Source of the DNA: Marsupella aquatica
Lineage: Eukaryota > Plantae > Marchantiophyta
Length of the DNA: 64,000 bases
Assembly (NCBI GenBank): GCA_973895155.1
Contig: OZ316895.1
Coordinates: 3,521,659-3,585,658 of the forward strand
Direction of reading: 5' to 3'
Shown: piece by piece, positions 49,879 through 63,412 of the stretch
Layout: each line of letters opens with the position of its first letter
How positions within the stretch are numbered: position 1 is the stretch's first letter
Made by a program: the position numbers and the translations under genes
The notes under the pieces: model-generated
What the model saw: the letters and a program-made list of their open reading frames with translations, nothing else
The model's database searches: none
What the model was told of the DNA's origin: nothing

Positions 49879-50859
49879 GTCTTTTTTGTGTGGCACTTTG
49901 CACTTGCCCGCTGGCTTTGCTTAGATACTTGCATTGGCACATTGATAATAGCACAAATACTGAGAAAAAAGTTTTTCTATAAGCAATACATTTCATTGTG
50001 AGTTTTGAGTATTTCTGTCTATTCTTCTTAGTGTACAAGGATAGCCCAATTTCCAGAATACCCAAAATGTGTATGAGAACTATGCAACTTTGAGAGAAAA
50101 TAGACTAAAGTTATGCACATACAAAACCATTGGCCGGAAGTCGGGTTCATGTCACTGTTCCTACCTCAAAAGCATCCATTTTCTGAGGCAACAAAATCAA
50201 AAGCTACTAAGTGGTGATTTAACTCAATAAATTCATGGTAGGTTTTGAGCCTCCACACTAAGTGGTGATTTAACTCTGTGAATTTTAAATTTGAAAGCCC
50301 CATGGATGACAAGGTTGGTCTTTGAAACCCCAAGAGACCAGATTTCCCATATTTGACTTTAATTGTAATTGATATTCATAAGCTCAAATATTTTTTTAGT
50401 TTTGGCGACATGCTAGAGGAGTAGGCAAGCTTCACTATTATCAAAGTGACATTTAATTTTTGGCCATTTTGGTTGAGTTTTTTGTTATAAAATATGGAGG
50501 GGTAAATTCCATAAGATTAACCTTAGTTGTCTTAATATGAAATATTTGGGCTTGTGTTTCATATGGTCTCCTCCTTCTCTAGTTGCCTTGCAGGTGCAAA
50601 ACTAAAAAATATTCTAGGACTCATAAGCATCAAGTTATGGCCCCTAAACTCCTATGGACCACCAAAAAGTGGTCAATGGGACTAATGTGTCCAACATGGT
50701 GGTCCATCCATCCTGGCTTCAGTTTGGTGAATTTTTGCCCTCACCCTTTTATTGGTGGCCCTGGATATATTGGTAGCGGGATTCTCATTCCCACATCTGA
50801 ACTGCGCAGTTGCATCATGCGGTGCCCCAAGCACTGTGGTAAGCTAGGTGAAGAGTTTC

Positions 50860-51448
50860 GGTACCACAGTACACTGGTGAGAAGCGAGGAGACTAGTGTA
50901 CTGGTAGAGTGTAGAGAACAACAAAACAATTTTTGGTGACGGTTTGAGCTGAACGAGGAGAAGAACACAGCAGAATTCTTCCAGAGGCGAAGAGAGGAGA
51001 AGAGAAGAGAAGAAGAACAAAACATTTCTGGCTGAGGAATGAGACTAGAAGAGGCGTACTGTTCTGGTGAGAAGTAAAGAGGACAAAGCAATTTTTGGTG
51101 ACGCTTTGAGCTGAGAGAAGAGAAGAACAATGCAGAGTCCTTGCTGAGGACGGTTTGAGAGGAGAGGAGAGGAGAGAAAACATAATTCTTGCTGAATGAT
51201 CCTTTGAGCCAGAAGAGAAGAGAAGAGACGAGAAGAGAAAGGAGAATTCTGGCTGAAGGACGGTTTGAGCAAGAGAGGAGCAGAGCTGAATTCTCGAAGC
51301 TCCTGGGCGCAGAGAGGAAGAGAAAAACAGAACAGAGCTGAGCTGAACTCTCGTTGAAGCTCCTGAATGGAGTGAGGACGATCGAACAAACCTGAGGTGA
51401 ATTTTGGTCGAAGATTTCGGAAGGAGTGAGTGAGTGGGTGAGTGAGTG
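50860..51448 (+). repeat. GA-rich repetitive 5' region of the AVT1-like gene
   Basis: Repeated modules CAATTTTTGGTGACG.TTTGAGCTGA, (A)ATTCT(T/G)GCTGA, GGACGGTTTGAG, (GAGGA/GAGAA)n and (GAGT)n immediately before the ATG. Confidence 0.7.
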
Positions 51449-54400
51449 ATGAGGGCCGGATCAGCGGCATTCAATGCCGACCACGCGAAGCCGCTGCTGC
51501 AGCATCAGCATCAGCAGCAGTATCAGCAGCAGTATGATGGTGAGCAATTTCGGAAGGAGGGTGATGAAGATGAGGAGAAACGAATTTCGGCGTTGGAAAA
51601 TGGATTCGGGGAAGTAATACCGTCGTCGTCCGCTGCCCCTTCAGCTCATCATCCTTCTCGGGTTTGCATGTCCCCTCCAATTAGCAAGGTGGACATTCTG
51701 GAAGGCTTCGAAAGTGGGTCCACGGGAGCATTGCAAACGGACGCTCAAACGGTGCTCAACACGGTCAGGAAATTCATTCATTCATGTTTTCGTCATTGTC
51801 ATCACGACACGTCTGGAAAATGTCCGATCGGAATATATAGATTCCGTCGTGTGAAATCTGCTGCAGTATTTGGCGTATGAATTCTCTGTCAATCCGTGAA
51901 ACTGAGAGGTGGTGCTGTCCTTGTTCAGATGAATCTGTACGTGGGTGTGGGGCTGTTGAGCTTGGGATATGCTGTCAAATTGGGAGGGTGGATGAGCTTG
52001 GTAAGTCTTCATTTCCCCACCAGCTGTGTTTGAATTCTGAGTCTGAGGAATTCATTCTTGGTGTTAGTCTGTTTGTATTAGGTGTAATCTCCCTACCGTT
52101 CTCCTGTACCTCGAAGAACACAACAATATTCAAAATGAGGGCAACGAATCTCTTAGTCGAAGAGTTTGTTTCGGAATCCCCTTTGATGAGAAAATGGTTT
52201 CTTGGGAGGTTGGATTTTCTGCATGAATTTTTCATTCAATTTTATCTCACAGCGAGGACCGAAGCAATAATGTTGCAAGGTTTGGTTATGCCAGTTTAGC
52301 TCAAAGGGAAGCGAGGATCCAGAGTTTCAGCTTATGCTCTCGAGTAGAAAAGATATTTTCATTTGAAGTATGGCGTTGTAGATAAATCAGACAGATTGTA
52401 ACCCATGCTTCGTCTACCATTCGAGTCGTTCATAGCAGAAGCTTGTTTGCCTCTACATTTCGGACTTTGATAAAACATGATGTGGTCCTTCCTGATTTTC
52501 CAGTCCTCAAACTTTCACCCACAGTCGCTTGGCCCGTAGACTTCTAAAGGAACCAAGTCTTCCTGTCTATCTCTTTTTGAAATTGTTGGTGGTGGCTCAC
52601 CATGCCTTTGCTCTTCAAGTGGGTGCCTAACTATCTCTAATATCTTGGTGGCTTGGATTGGTTGGTTGATTGCGAGATCAGGCTCTGTTGGCGATTATCG
52701 GTGTCATTTTTGCTTACTCGGCAAAGCTTATCTGTCGCTCATTTGATAAAGTACCCAGAGGCTTAGTTCCTTCGTATCCTAATTTAGGAGCAACGGTTTA
52801 TGGCACTCCTGGTCAATCGGCGGTGATGACCTGTCATAACTGTTATCTTTCACTCGCCTTTTTGTGTTGGTTGTAATTCATTCATGGAATTGTGAGTTGT
52901 GGAAATCTCTGATTAATTTCGCAGAAAATTAAGATGCTCTCATCTTTCCATAGATTTTCAGGAGGGGCCCAGTTGACAAGCACGGAATGCAGAATATTAC
53001 ACTTTGGGTTGGAAAGCAGGCGGCACCGAAAGTGGTCTGAATTCAGTGGGCTGTTTGATTGGAAGTCAGGTAATGCTGATGGGAGGCACAGAGTTTTTTG
53101 GGGCGCTGTGTCTGTGCCTGATTATCGTGTGGCAGTCGATCACAATGCTTCTTCCAGCTTCTCTGCTGTGTCTCGGTGGAATTTGCTTTACTCCTGGGTG
53201 AGGCATAATTGTATCTCGAGACCATTTCTATTCCGACCATTAATCTACAAAGTTCTCTATGCATGTGTAGTCCATACTGTATATGGTAGTATAGCACATG
53301 TGGTTTCATTAACGGGTTTCGCTATGTTCCTACATCCTATAATCTACTCTTTGGACACTATCGTGTATGCGTGCTGAATGGACACTGATGCTGGAGTTGG
53401 TATACCTCCTGTGGAACTCTTCGTTGACATGCCAGCCAGGCCGCCATTCTTGGGAGTACATTCGTGATGGTACCAGCTGTGTTAGTCCGCACATTTTCCC
53501 GCTTGACCTCAATCAGCATCTCTGGTGTTGTCTCTTCCCTCTTGCTAACAGCTGGTACTCCTAAATCCCTGTAAATTGAAATTTCTAAATTCCAGTTTGG
53601 ATTGCGCATTATTGTCCTGTGATTGACAACTCTTTTTTCTCTGGTTGAATGAATGCGGTTGTGAACTAGGATTGTATAGTTTCCTAGCTCAATAGTATAT
53701 GCGTTGTATTCATATGGTTTTGGATCCATTGGTTACACGCCGCTTCTCAGGGGCTGTCCCCGAAAATGTCAATATATGATGACTTTGTGGTTGTTTCTTT
53801 GTGAGGCAGTTGTGGTTATAGCGTACGGAGTGGATCCAGAGCGTAAACACGTCACTCCTGAAAGTAACATGCACGAGACTGTTGATTGGACTCATTTACC
53901 TATGGCAGCAGGCATCTTGGTCGTTTCTCTTTCTGGTACGGTTCAGTGTAGCAGCCGGACAAGACTCGTCCTTGAGTCATTCTGATTCGTCTCTGAAGGA
54001 GCTAGGTTATGAAGTCCTTTTAATTTGATTTAACACTGAACCTTGGATAGGCACAGAATTACGCATCACATTGGTGACCCTAGCTCTTGGAAATGTGTTG
54101 ATGAATTAGTACCGATTGAAATAAGAATGTGCTAAGCCGCTCAGGTTACCAGTTTTTATAATTCCTTTAGTCGTTGTTGGGTATTTCTTTTATTCCTGTT
54201 TTTGAGGTCCGGGCTTTGTCTGGGTCAACAGGACATGCAGGGTTGCCATCTCTGCGAAGAAGTATGATCAACCCAGAGCACTTTGAACGCTGCATAAATA
54301 TTGCGTTCTCATGCATGTGCCTTCTGTAAGTTTTCCATTAAGTGTTCTCTTGACTCCATTGCCTGTCATACATTTTTTTGGCTCGCCTTGCTAGAGACGT

Positions 54401-56015
54401 TACGGCAAAATATTCCAAGGTGTGTCTCACTTCTAGCCCGGATTTGTTTTGGGGCTTGGCAGATATGCAACAATGGGAGGATTTGCCTATTTGTACTTTG
54501 GGGAAGCTACCCAAGTACTTATTACAGCAAATCTGAATGAGGCCTCAAGCATAACTGGATTTATTTTCTTTAAGATAGGGAGTTTCTCTCTCTCAATCAA
54601 TCAAGCTATCACAGTGCTTGTGGCCATGAGTGCTTACACCACCATTCCTGTGAGCCTTTACCTTCAGCCCTGCGATTGTTTTGAATTTTCACAGGCTTTT
54701 GACAGTAGTCCTTTGTCAGCACTGAGAAGATGACCGCAAATATGTAATATTTTCCAGAACAGACTCAGGAATTGTCGGTTTGTGTACCATGATAACGAGA
54801 GTTACATTTGCGCTGAGATTTATCAATTTGTCACCTGGATCATCGCTTGGCGTTTGCTATTTCAATGCCTATGGGCAGTTCTTTAACTATCCGCTTGTTT
54901 TCCATCTGCATTTTGAGTCGTTTAATTTTGCTTTGAGTTTGAGCACCCAATTCACCGTTTACAATTGACTCATCTAATTTAGAAATCAGGCTCTGGTATA
55001 TGTCATTGCAGAGTTGCTGGTCGACATTGTTCAAGGCGAACCTACACACACACCAGGTACTTTGTTATTTTCTGAGCATCATAGCTGGCTGGTACTCAAG
55101 ATTGTTATGAATTTGCAGGGAAGGGGTTGGACACAAACTGGTCCTTATGTTTGGGCCCTAGTTCTCCTCAGACTTTATGGTGCTCATGCGGGCATGTTTT
55201 GTGACATGCTGGTTACTTTCTCTTTGAAACAGAGTTAACTGTTCTCAATGAAAGCGATAGATACTTTTCCTGGTAGGGAAGTATGTAGTGACTGGAAGGT
55301 TTGTCGCTTTCGAATGAACTCACCCCTCGAGGCATTTAGCTTCCTATCTTATGCCTTTGACTGTTGAATGCCAGGAGTTGGAGACCTCGTTGCCAGAATA
55401 ATTGTGCTTGCTCTTGGTTATATTGTGGCCATCATCGCGTTAAGTTTCTGTACCACTCTTAAGCGTATGAGTTTTTGTCAAGTGAGGTTTTGAAGGGGAA
55501 AAGAGCGTTTCCAGCGTTGATAGGATTCATAGGACAAACTAGCTTATTTAAGGACAGGTGCCAGTTTTCGGATCCAATGTACTGTCAATTCTCCTCAACC
55601 TGACAAGTTGTCTGGCGTTATTTTACAGATATAACGTGCTGGACAGTGTGGAGTCTATCGTGGGCGGTGTTTGCTCAGTGTCAATTTCTCTGCTTCTGCC
55701 ATCTTTATTTTACTTCAAGTAAGTTCCGGACCAAACCGAATCTGTCACATTACACAGTGCAGGTAGCAAGGTCGCGGTTGTGCCGGTATTCGAGTTTCTT
55801 CATGGCCGACCTCCTGACAAGGAGTCATGGTACTTGGAATTCCTCTCAAAATATAGTCGTTGACCAAGTGGCATACTCATTGCAGGTTATATAGGAAAGA
55901 GCTGAGCGGGATCAGTAAAATTGTGGTGCTGGGTATGATCATTTTTGGAGTCATCTGTGTGGTTGGCATAGCAACCATGAATATCCTAGAGCTATTCGAC
56001 AAAGTTGGAGTTTGA
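51449..56015 (+). CDS. AVT1: Amino acid transporter, AAAP/Aa_trans family, AVT1-like (vacuolar type). 12 exons: 51449-51763, 51929-52000, 52682-52822, 53070-53197, 53436-53554, 53810-53935, 54232-54325, 54463-54649, 54990-55056, 55375-55438, 55629-55718, 55886-56015
   Basis: GT-AG introns with compatible phases join QTVLNT|MNLYVGVGLLSLGYAVKLGGWMSL|...SYPNLGATVYG...TEFFGALC...PAVLVRTFSRLTSISISGV...SGHAGLPSLRRSMINPEHF...YATMGGFAYLYFG...SLLLPSLFYFK. These match the AVT1 motifs N.L.GVG.LS.PYA...GGW, GH..FP..Y.SM and ILP..C(Y/F)L. Confidence 0.9.
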
Positions 56016-57833
56016 TGGAGAAGCGGAAGAAAGTGTAATGACGTAAAGCAACCAACTAGATCATCAACAACTTAATGTCCGATAACCATTGTTGAGTTCT
56101 CTGTTAGATTGCCTTATTGGAAGAAATGTGGTTCTCGTTACTCGAAGATGGCAACCAAAGCAGCAAGGGGTTAGTTGGAATCAAATCTGATTGATTCTGA
56201 TCCCGAATAACAGCAAATAGGAAACGATCAGAACAGCAGGGGCCTCGCTGTCATCACCAATTTCTGCCACATAGCTCGCAGAGAAGCATGCCGTTGTGTC
56301 CTGTGTAAACCAAAGTGTGGATTGTGAATATTTTGGTTAGCTGTTAGAGGCTCATTTTCCAGCGGGTTAGTCTAATCATTCGCAAGTGCTCGTTGAACAA
56401 AATCTGACTTTTTAGTGACGTACTGCAAATTGCGGGGCTGAGATTTAGACCAAGATGCAATCTGGCAGATGTGAAAACCCCCATTGTGACGAAGCATTCC
56501 TACTTGCGAAGCATTTAGAGTGATGTCGAAGAGTTTCACAAACTCAACGAATGTGTACGATTGGTAGACATGCTACTAATTGCACATCAGGAAAGCTGCA
56601 ACTGCTGTACTTAACTACCATGGGAGTGCTGTTGTCGAGAATTCCAAACAGCAAAATTTACCTTCTGGGATTGAGACCGTACAGTCAAATGTTGTTCGAT
56701 AGATTCACAGGTACAGCTAGTAGAAGCTTACTGGGCCGCAACTCGGTACGATCTAACTTGTCTATCGATCACGCAAAAATGTAACTGAAATTTGAGTAAA
56801 TTCCGTGAGGCAGAACAGTAATCCTTTCTCCATTGTAATTCCTCCCCGGGCTCGTCTTGCTGTTCTCTGGAGGCACGTCTTAATTTGGACTACAAGCTCC
56901 ACTCTGACAAAGAGCAAGACGGTCATTGAAGGATCCGTATCACCGTGATTCCACCTTCCAATTCTTTAAAGGTAATGTTGCAAAAGAGTACAGCACCCTT
57001 TCCGAACTTTTACTATTGACGTTTGATCATCGCAAACGGGTGAAGTGCATGCAGTCGGATTACATAAAATCCCACGCACAGGCTGAGTGCTACAGTGAAT
57101 GATGCATCCAACTCACTAGGGCAACGTAGTCGCGGTGCCAGGAACGATTTCTGATGCCCTAACTTGCGGAGACAAAATGCAGAATACGCAATCACCAGTT
57201 CAATAGAGGAATATGGCATAGATTTCAACGTATCTCCATATGCGATCATCAGCATTGCTAGAATCGAGATTGCAATTGTGGGTCAGTAACATTCAATCAG
57301 TTGCTAAGTTACCGTAGATTCTATCTCTGCAATAAGGCAATTGAAAGAACAAAGAAATTCCTGGTTTTGTAACCCTTAAGATCGTCTTTGTTGGACGTAC
57401 AACTTGGCAGACACTAGGGCTTCTTGTTCTTTCCCAGGTACACAAGATATGGACAAACAAATCTATTCGGGAATCTTCGGGAAGAGTGGCCCCAGTGACA
57501 GCTCCGTAGACAGGCACAGCAGTATGATGGACTGGATGGTGGTGGATATTGCCTCAATCAGTCAATCGTGAATTGCAATTCCATTTTGTCATTTGTCAGT
57601 CCTGGCCTCGATCAGCTGCAACACGTTAGAATATGTATGAACAGCACTTCCAATCTGTCATGGTGTGGGAGAGTATTGACGTAGAGGAGCTATCACAAAA
57701 TGTGGGTAATTACTCGAATCCTAAAGAACCTATTTTGACACACACACACGAAAGGTGGGAATGCCTAAGGCTTCACTTCCTTTAAGTCATCAGTCAGTTT
57801 TCCCCTTCGAACTGTTATGCCGCAACAGATAAG

Positions 57834-57842
57834 CTATATAAG
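57834..57842 (+). promoter_or_regulatory. Putative TATA box of the F-box gene, followed by a CT-rich leader and a 5'UTR intron (58034-58296)
   Basis: CTATATAAG lies ~30 bp before a pyrimidine-rich tract. There is a GTAAGT donor at 58034 and a TTTTCTCACAG acceptor ending at 58296, 18 nt before the ATG. Confidence 0.55.
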
Positions 57843-58314
57843 AAGACTTCTGGGCCTCGTTCCTCCACACTATCTCTATCTCTCTCCCTTTCTTCCTCCC
57901 GGCCAATTTGCTATCTTCTCAGCCCTGCTGAGACATTCGAGCTTGTAGTTCGTTCTGCTGTGTGTCCTGCAAGGACGTTACAATATCAGTGCAGGGAGGT
58001 CACCATATTCCACCGTAGTCCAAGTCATTGGGTGTAAGTGGCTTTCTTGTTTGTCTAGCATCGTCTTCCGGTCACATTTTGTTGAGGTGGTCTGCATCCT
58101 CAATTTTTCTTATCTGTATCTTCATTTCTTCGTCGATGATTTGTAATATCGTTCGTAGCATTTGGCTTTTACTTGCATAAACCCATTTTTGGTCCAGTTT
58201 TCGCATTAGCTCTGTGTTTGTTTTAGGGAGGGTCCAATCTTCTGTCATTGTGAACAACGATTTGATCGAGTAAATTGTGGCCAGCTTTTCTCACAGGAAT
58301 CACATTCGTAGAAC

Positions 58315-59289
58315 ATGTCATCGTTGTTGGAGGAGCTGCTTCCAGGAATCCCTGACGATGTTACCTTGACCCACATTGCGACAAAGTTGCCATGGACAGA
58401 TATGAAATCTCTATCCATACTGAGTCCGAGGTGGCAACAAGCGATAGAGACTCGAGAGGTCTATGATGCAAGAGTCCGCTCTAATTCAGCAGAAACGTTT
58501 GCTGTAGTCAAACAGAAGGATTTGAATAAAAAAATCGCAATTTCTCTGTATTCAATGAGAGAGAAGGCTTTCTACCGACTTCCTCCAATCCCACATCTTG
58601 CACGGGGAATCCCATCGTGCTCCCAATTCGTTTCAATCGCTGGTACCTTATATCTCTTGGCAGATATGAATATGAAGAAACAAAACATCTACTCGTTAGA
58701 TCTGGCTGGGAAGGGGCAGTGGAAAGAGTGTTCAAGTATTCCAAGGCCCCTATCTGAGTATGATTGTCAGATTGGGTGTGGTGTATCGCCGGGAGACCAT
58801 TTTCACGTGAGGGGTGGATCTGTGCATTGGTTCAACACTCATTGGCGTTTCCATGCTGGAGCCAGGCATGTAGAACGTGATGGTGGCGATGCTGGAGATA
58901 GATCATTCATTGATCCAAGGATTCTTTTTAGGAACGACTGGAGCGTGGAAATAGAGTTTTGGGTTCGAGGAAACTATTACCACTTGAACCGGGACGGCAT
59001 TCTCGTCTACAATACTCAAACGAAATCATGGACACTCCTGCATTCCAAGATTGCCTGCGATGAACTAGGATCAATTGACTCTGTTATCATCAAGGCGCTG
59101 TTTGTCCTTCCTCTTAACAATGAGATTTTAGCAATAGTGCGATGGTGGAGGCCTGATATGCCCGCTAGATATTGCCTTCTTCAAAGCAGAGGATTTGGAA
59201 CCGAGAGCATGGACATTGTGTGGGAGAAAGGACCAAGCTGTGTCCATAAGTACAATGCTTGTCTTGCCATGTGTCCCATTCAGCTCTGA
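58315..59289 (+). CDS. Divergent F-box / kelch-repeat-like protein, 324 aa, single coding exon
   Basis: N-terminal F-box LLPGIPDDVTLTHIATKLPW...LSILSPRWQQAI, then kelch-like segments (RLPPIP...FVSIAGTLYLL...YSLDLAGKGQWKECSSIPRP; VYNTQTKSWT). The canonical GG motifs are mostly lost. Confidence 0.8.
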   Translation: MSSLLEELLPGIPDDVTLTHIATKLPWTDMKSLSILSPRWQQAIETREVYDARVRSNSAETFAVVKQKDLNKKIAISLYSMREKAFYRLPPIPHLARGIPSCSQFVSIAGTLYLLADMNMKKQNIYSLDLAGKGQWKECSSIPRPLSEYDCQIGCGVSPGDHFHVRGGSVHWFNTHWRFHAGARHVERDGGDAGDRSFIDPRILFRNDWSVEIEFWVRGNYYHLNRDGILVYNTQTKSWTLLHSKIACDELGSIDSVIIKALFVLPLNNEILAIVRWWRPDMPARYCLLQSRGFGTESMDIVWEKGPSCVHKYNACLAMCPIQL

Positions 59290-59511
59290 GCAATGTATTG
59301 GGAGAGCTCTCAGCACTTTCAGCTGGGCTTGAGGCCTGATATATCTCGAGCCAGAGATTTAATCTGTCTGGATTAAATATAAGTACAATGCTTGTCTTGC
59401 CATGTGTCCCATTCAGCTCTGAGCAATGTATTGGGAGAGCTCTCAGCACTTTCAGCTGGGCTTGAGGCTTGATATATCTCGAGCCAGAGATTTAAGCTGT
59501 CTGGATTAAAT
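59246..59511. repeat. 133-bp tandem duplication spanning the F-box stop codon and 3'UTR
   Basis: ATAAGTACAATGCTTGTCTTGCCATGTGTCCCATTCAGCTCTGA...CTGTCTGGATTAAAT at 59246-59378 and 59379-59511, with about 2 mismatches. Confidence 0.92.
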
Positions 59512-62500
59512 ATTAAATATAATAAAGGATGTGGCAATGGAGAGCTTTAGAGGGTTTACTATTTTTGTCGTGTGGTCGTCCAACACTTGCAGTATACTTT
59601 CAGTACTCTTGTTAGTATAATTGAGTTCTTTCTCAATGGGATGTAGAACTAAATTAATACTTACTGTTGAATCTCAAACTTGTGCTCATATACATAGTCA
59701 GAGCGCATTTTGTGTTATTCTTTTGTTGCAGAATGTAATGTTGATCTTCTGTCTCCCAAAAAACTGTGGCATTCTTTTCTTGGAATGGTAATTTTCATAT
59801 CCCAGTCTACTAGACATTGCACTGCCTTGCACAATTGCTGCTGTTACAGCCATCTTGTTATTGTGGTTGTGTCATCATTGCGGGCGTGTAGTGGTTGTGG
59901 AAGTTAGTTGTCATTTCGGATGGGTTGTCATTGGTGCCATGTTGCTCATGCTGAGTGTTGTCATTTCCACAGGGTGGTTGTTAGGATTGCGTCGTGGTTG
60001 AGGCCATGTGGGTGCGGAAGTGTTGTCATTTCAGCCATGTTATCAATGCAACCATTTTGTGGTTGCAGAAGTGTCATTGTTTGCAAAAAAATCATCATTT
60101 TGGCCAATCTTGTTGCAGGTCTTGTTGTTCTAACGGTATGTGTTGTTGTTACTAAAGTGATATTATTCTGATAGTCCATGTTCTGTTTGTTGTGGGAATC
60201 AGTTGTTGTTGCCACTCAGACATGGGAGCAGGTCCAATGAGGGGTTAGGGTTTCAGGACCCCCTATTTCTTTTATTCTTCACTCCCTTAGTTTCCCCTCC
60301 CCTCCTCTCCATCCTATAGTGCTCATCTCTCCTGTCCTCTCCTCCTGTTTTCCTCCCTGCTTGCTCGATGTGACCTTCCCACTCCAACACAGGCACTTAG
60401 GGCTGACCATCGAGCTGCTTCCTCACCCCATGCCTGCCTTCCCTTGCCATTGGACTCCTCACAGGTTACTGCCAAACAAAAACGGAAAAATAAATCCAAC
60501 AGGCATAGCTGCCCAAATTGGATTTTTGTAAACAAACCATTTGCTACTATGCTCCAAGATTCCCAGAATAAATTGCTTACTTGCATGGAAAAACTACTGG
60601 AAGACTATGATACCTTGCCATCAATAGTCACCAAATGAGCAGGGATGACCAAGATGCCCCCCACAAATAAGCATAGTAAGGCTGTGGTCAATTATATTTT
60701 TATCGGTGACAAAGACTTGCTTGTCCCATCAGCATAACGCATGATGTCATCCAAATTGGTGATACCATCTGTCTTGGTCTACTCTCTCACAATCATGCTC
60801 TCTCGCTGGTCAAGGAATCCACCAATGAGCGTCCAAGATAGCTCCCTCAACTGAGCTCTCTCGTCACCATGCTTAATTATTATTTAACAGGGTTTTACTG
60901 GAGTGCCTCTGGAAAGGTGTGAGATCACAAGATTAGCTTCTTTTAAAATAAACAAACAGATTTTCTCTGTATTTGACATACAAGTCTAAAAATTAATAAA
61001 TTCAAACCATGGGATAAAATACTTGTATGCCAAAAACAGGGACAATTTATCGATTTAGATTGAAAGAAGCTAATTTTGTGAAGTCACACCTTTCCAGGGG
61101 CACTGCAGTCTACCCTCTTATCGCACCGCAGGCTTTACTCGGGGCTTTACTGCATACCAGAGCCAAGCAATCGCTTTGTATGTGAGCTGACTTGGGTTGG
61201 AACTAACAGCAGAACTAAGTTCCATCCTCACTTGAGTCCCATCTCTGGCCCACTGTGCCAAATGGGTAAACTCACTCATATCATTAACCTTATGATTTAG
61301 TTTAGGCTGTTTGGGCAATTTACTTATTTAGTTTGAAATGAGGGTAAACAGATGGCAAAAACTTTTCTCTGGATTTCATTTAATTTATCAGAGTTGTTTT
61401 TCTGAGTTTTGTAAAAGCTACTGTCGCTAAAATCTAGTCACTAGGATTTGAAATTCAAATAATTCTTTGTTTATTGTATGAACCTGAAAGTCCCTTTGTT
61501 ATAGTGGAGGAGCATATCTCTTACTGTAACAGTGGGTCAAACTGAATGATGAGGCCAACCTGAATTGATCCCCCTTTTGGCTGCTGCTCCTTGTGGGTAA
61601 CATACAGGGTCCTTGCCTAAATGAAAATATAGTAGGTACATTATCTTAGTCATACACAGCCCCGGCAAAAAAGGGAACTTGTATTCGTTATTTTGATACA
61701 ATATTATTTCATTAGAGCATTTTGTTTCCCTTCGCCTTTTCCCCTGTCACCTGGTCGTTTTCCTTTTCCCATGTCAAAGCAAAATTTCAATTAACTCTGT
61801 TTATTCCCTGGCCACCCAGCCATTTCCCCTGTCACCCTTTTTTGCTCCCTCTGCATAGGCACACAGACAACACTGTTGTCCATCTAGAGCCCTCATTTCA
61901 CTTGGGAATTTTGTGCAGATAGATTGAATCTGCTATCACTTGGGGAATTGTGACTTACAGGTACACTAAATTTTCCTCTCTAAATGATCGCGGTCCAAAC
62001 TACAATGTCATGCTCTATAAGGCAAAGATCCCACACTGTTTTTTGTAATCTTGAAAGGAAAACTTAGGAAAGACTTACACTCCAATAAAGTAGGAAGTGA
62101 ATGGCTGACCCACAGACCAGGCGGAAGCCAGCAACCATACCTAGTACCCAACTCAGACAGAAGTGATCAATGTACATATGTCTTCAAGCATTTAACAAGG
62201 TGAACAACAGTTTTAGTGAAAACACAGGGTAAGTTAAGTTTTGCCCACAGACCTAAATTACACGAGAGTATTTTACAGCACAAAAGAAAGGAATAAATTG
62301 ATCTGGTGGAAGTTCTGGCAAAGTCAAAGTCACCAGGTCTTTTGTTGTGAGCATAACCACTAGCAATGGGAGAAAGACCAAGGTGATTGCAATCACGGTG
62401 GCAGGGCTTTGCAAAGCAGGAAGCAGTGAGCAAGACTGGAATAGGCCACCATGAGCCAAGAGAGAACATTGTGAGCAACATGAGAGCGAGCAGTGACGGT

Positions 62501-63412
62501 TTATTTGTTTCTTGTGGTGTTTTTACTGTAACTCTTGTTTGCGAGTTGTATGGCGAGTCACCCCCTTTTTGCAGGCTCCTTTTATGGAGAACTCTATTGT
62601 ATACTGCATGAACCACATGGCAATTAAACACATCCATGCTAGCTTTCTATTAGAGGGAATTAGAATTGAGCCTTAAATTTGTGTGACTGGGATGTTGTCT
62701 ATTCAAGCACCCACTGTGGTTCTGACCTTCATGCCCAGTTACAGATGTTCGTTGTTGCTCATGGGCAGATGAAAATCTCATATTAAACTGAGAAAATATC
62801 ATTCTTTTGTTGCCCTAGCACGTACACAGCATACTAAACTAGTCAACTTGCCATGTTAAGGACCATCAAGTTTGGCCATGGATCTTGTGATGGAACTTGG
62901 CAGTTGTGTGATGCTCAGGCCATTCTCAATGTTGGCACCCCTAGTACTTTGTGAGTGGCAGAAGAGTACTTTTCCCCTGCAACCTAATATCCTCAAAAAT
63001 TGTCCATACTAACAGCTGATGCACAATTGATTTGTAGTGTATCTTCTCACCCTCTCTTTACATTCTTGAGGACTTCTGTACCCCAGTTTTATCATGCAGG
63101 CCTATGTAATGGCCATTGGTATTGCTATCCATGTCCCTGGCATGACCGCCAAGCCATCCGGTTCACCATGTGTTTTGCGCTTCTTGGCTTGGGTTTCCTT
63201 TGTCCAAGTTAGGGCCGTATTGAGTTAGATTATGTATACTATTAGTTTGGGGTGTTCTTGAAGCAAAGACTGTTTGTAATGGGCACCTTTGGCTTTGCCC
63301 CCTATTTAGTTTCAGTTTGGCTAAGTCTTCACTTGGTTTTTCTTGAATTATTTGTTGAGGTAGAGTACTTCAGCTGTAGCTCACCATCCCATACACAAAC
63401 TTAGACGGTGAA

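Noticed and set aside
50741-51474. Ser/Leu/Phe-rich minus-strand ORFs (129-193 aa)
   Set aside because: Translations of the CT-rich complement of the AVT1 GA-rich leader.
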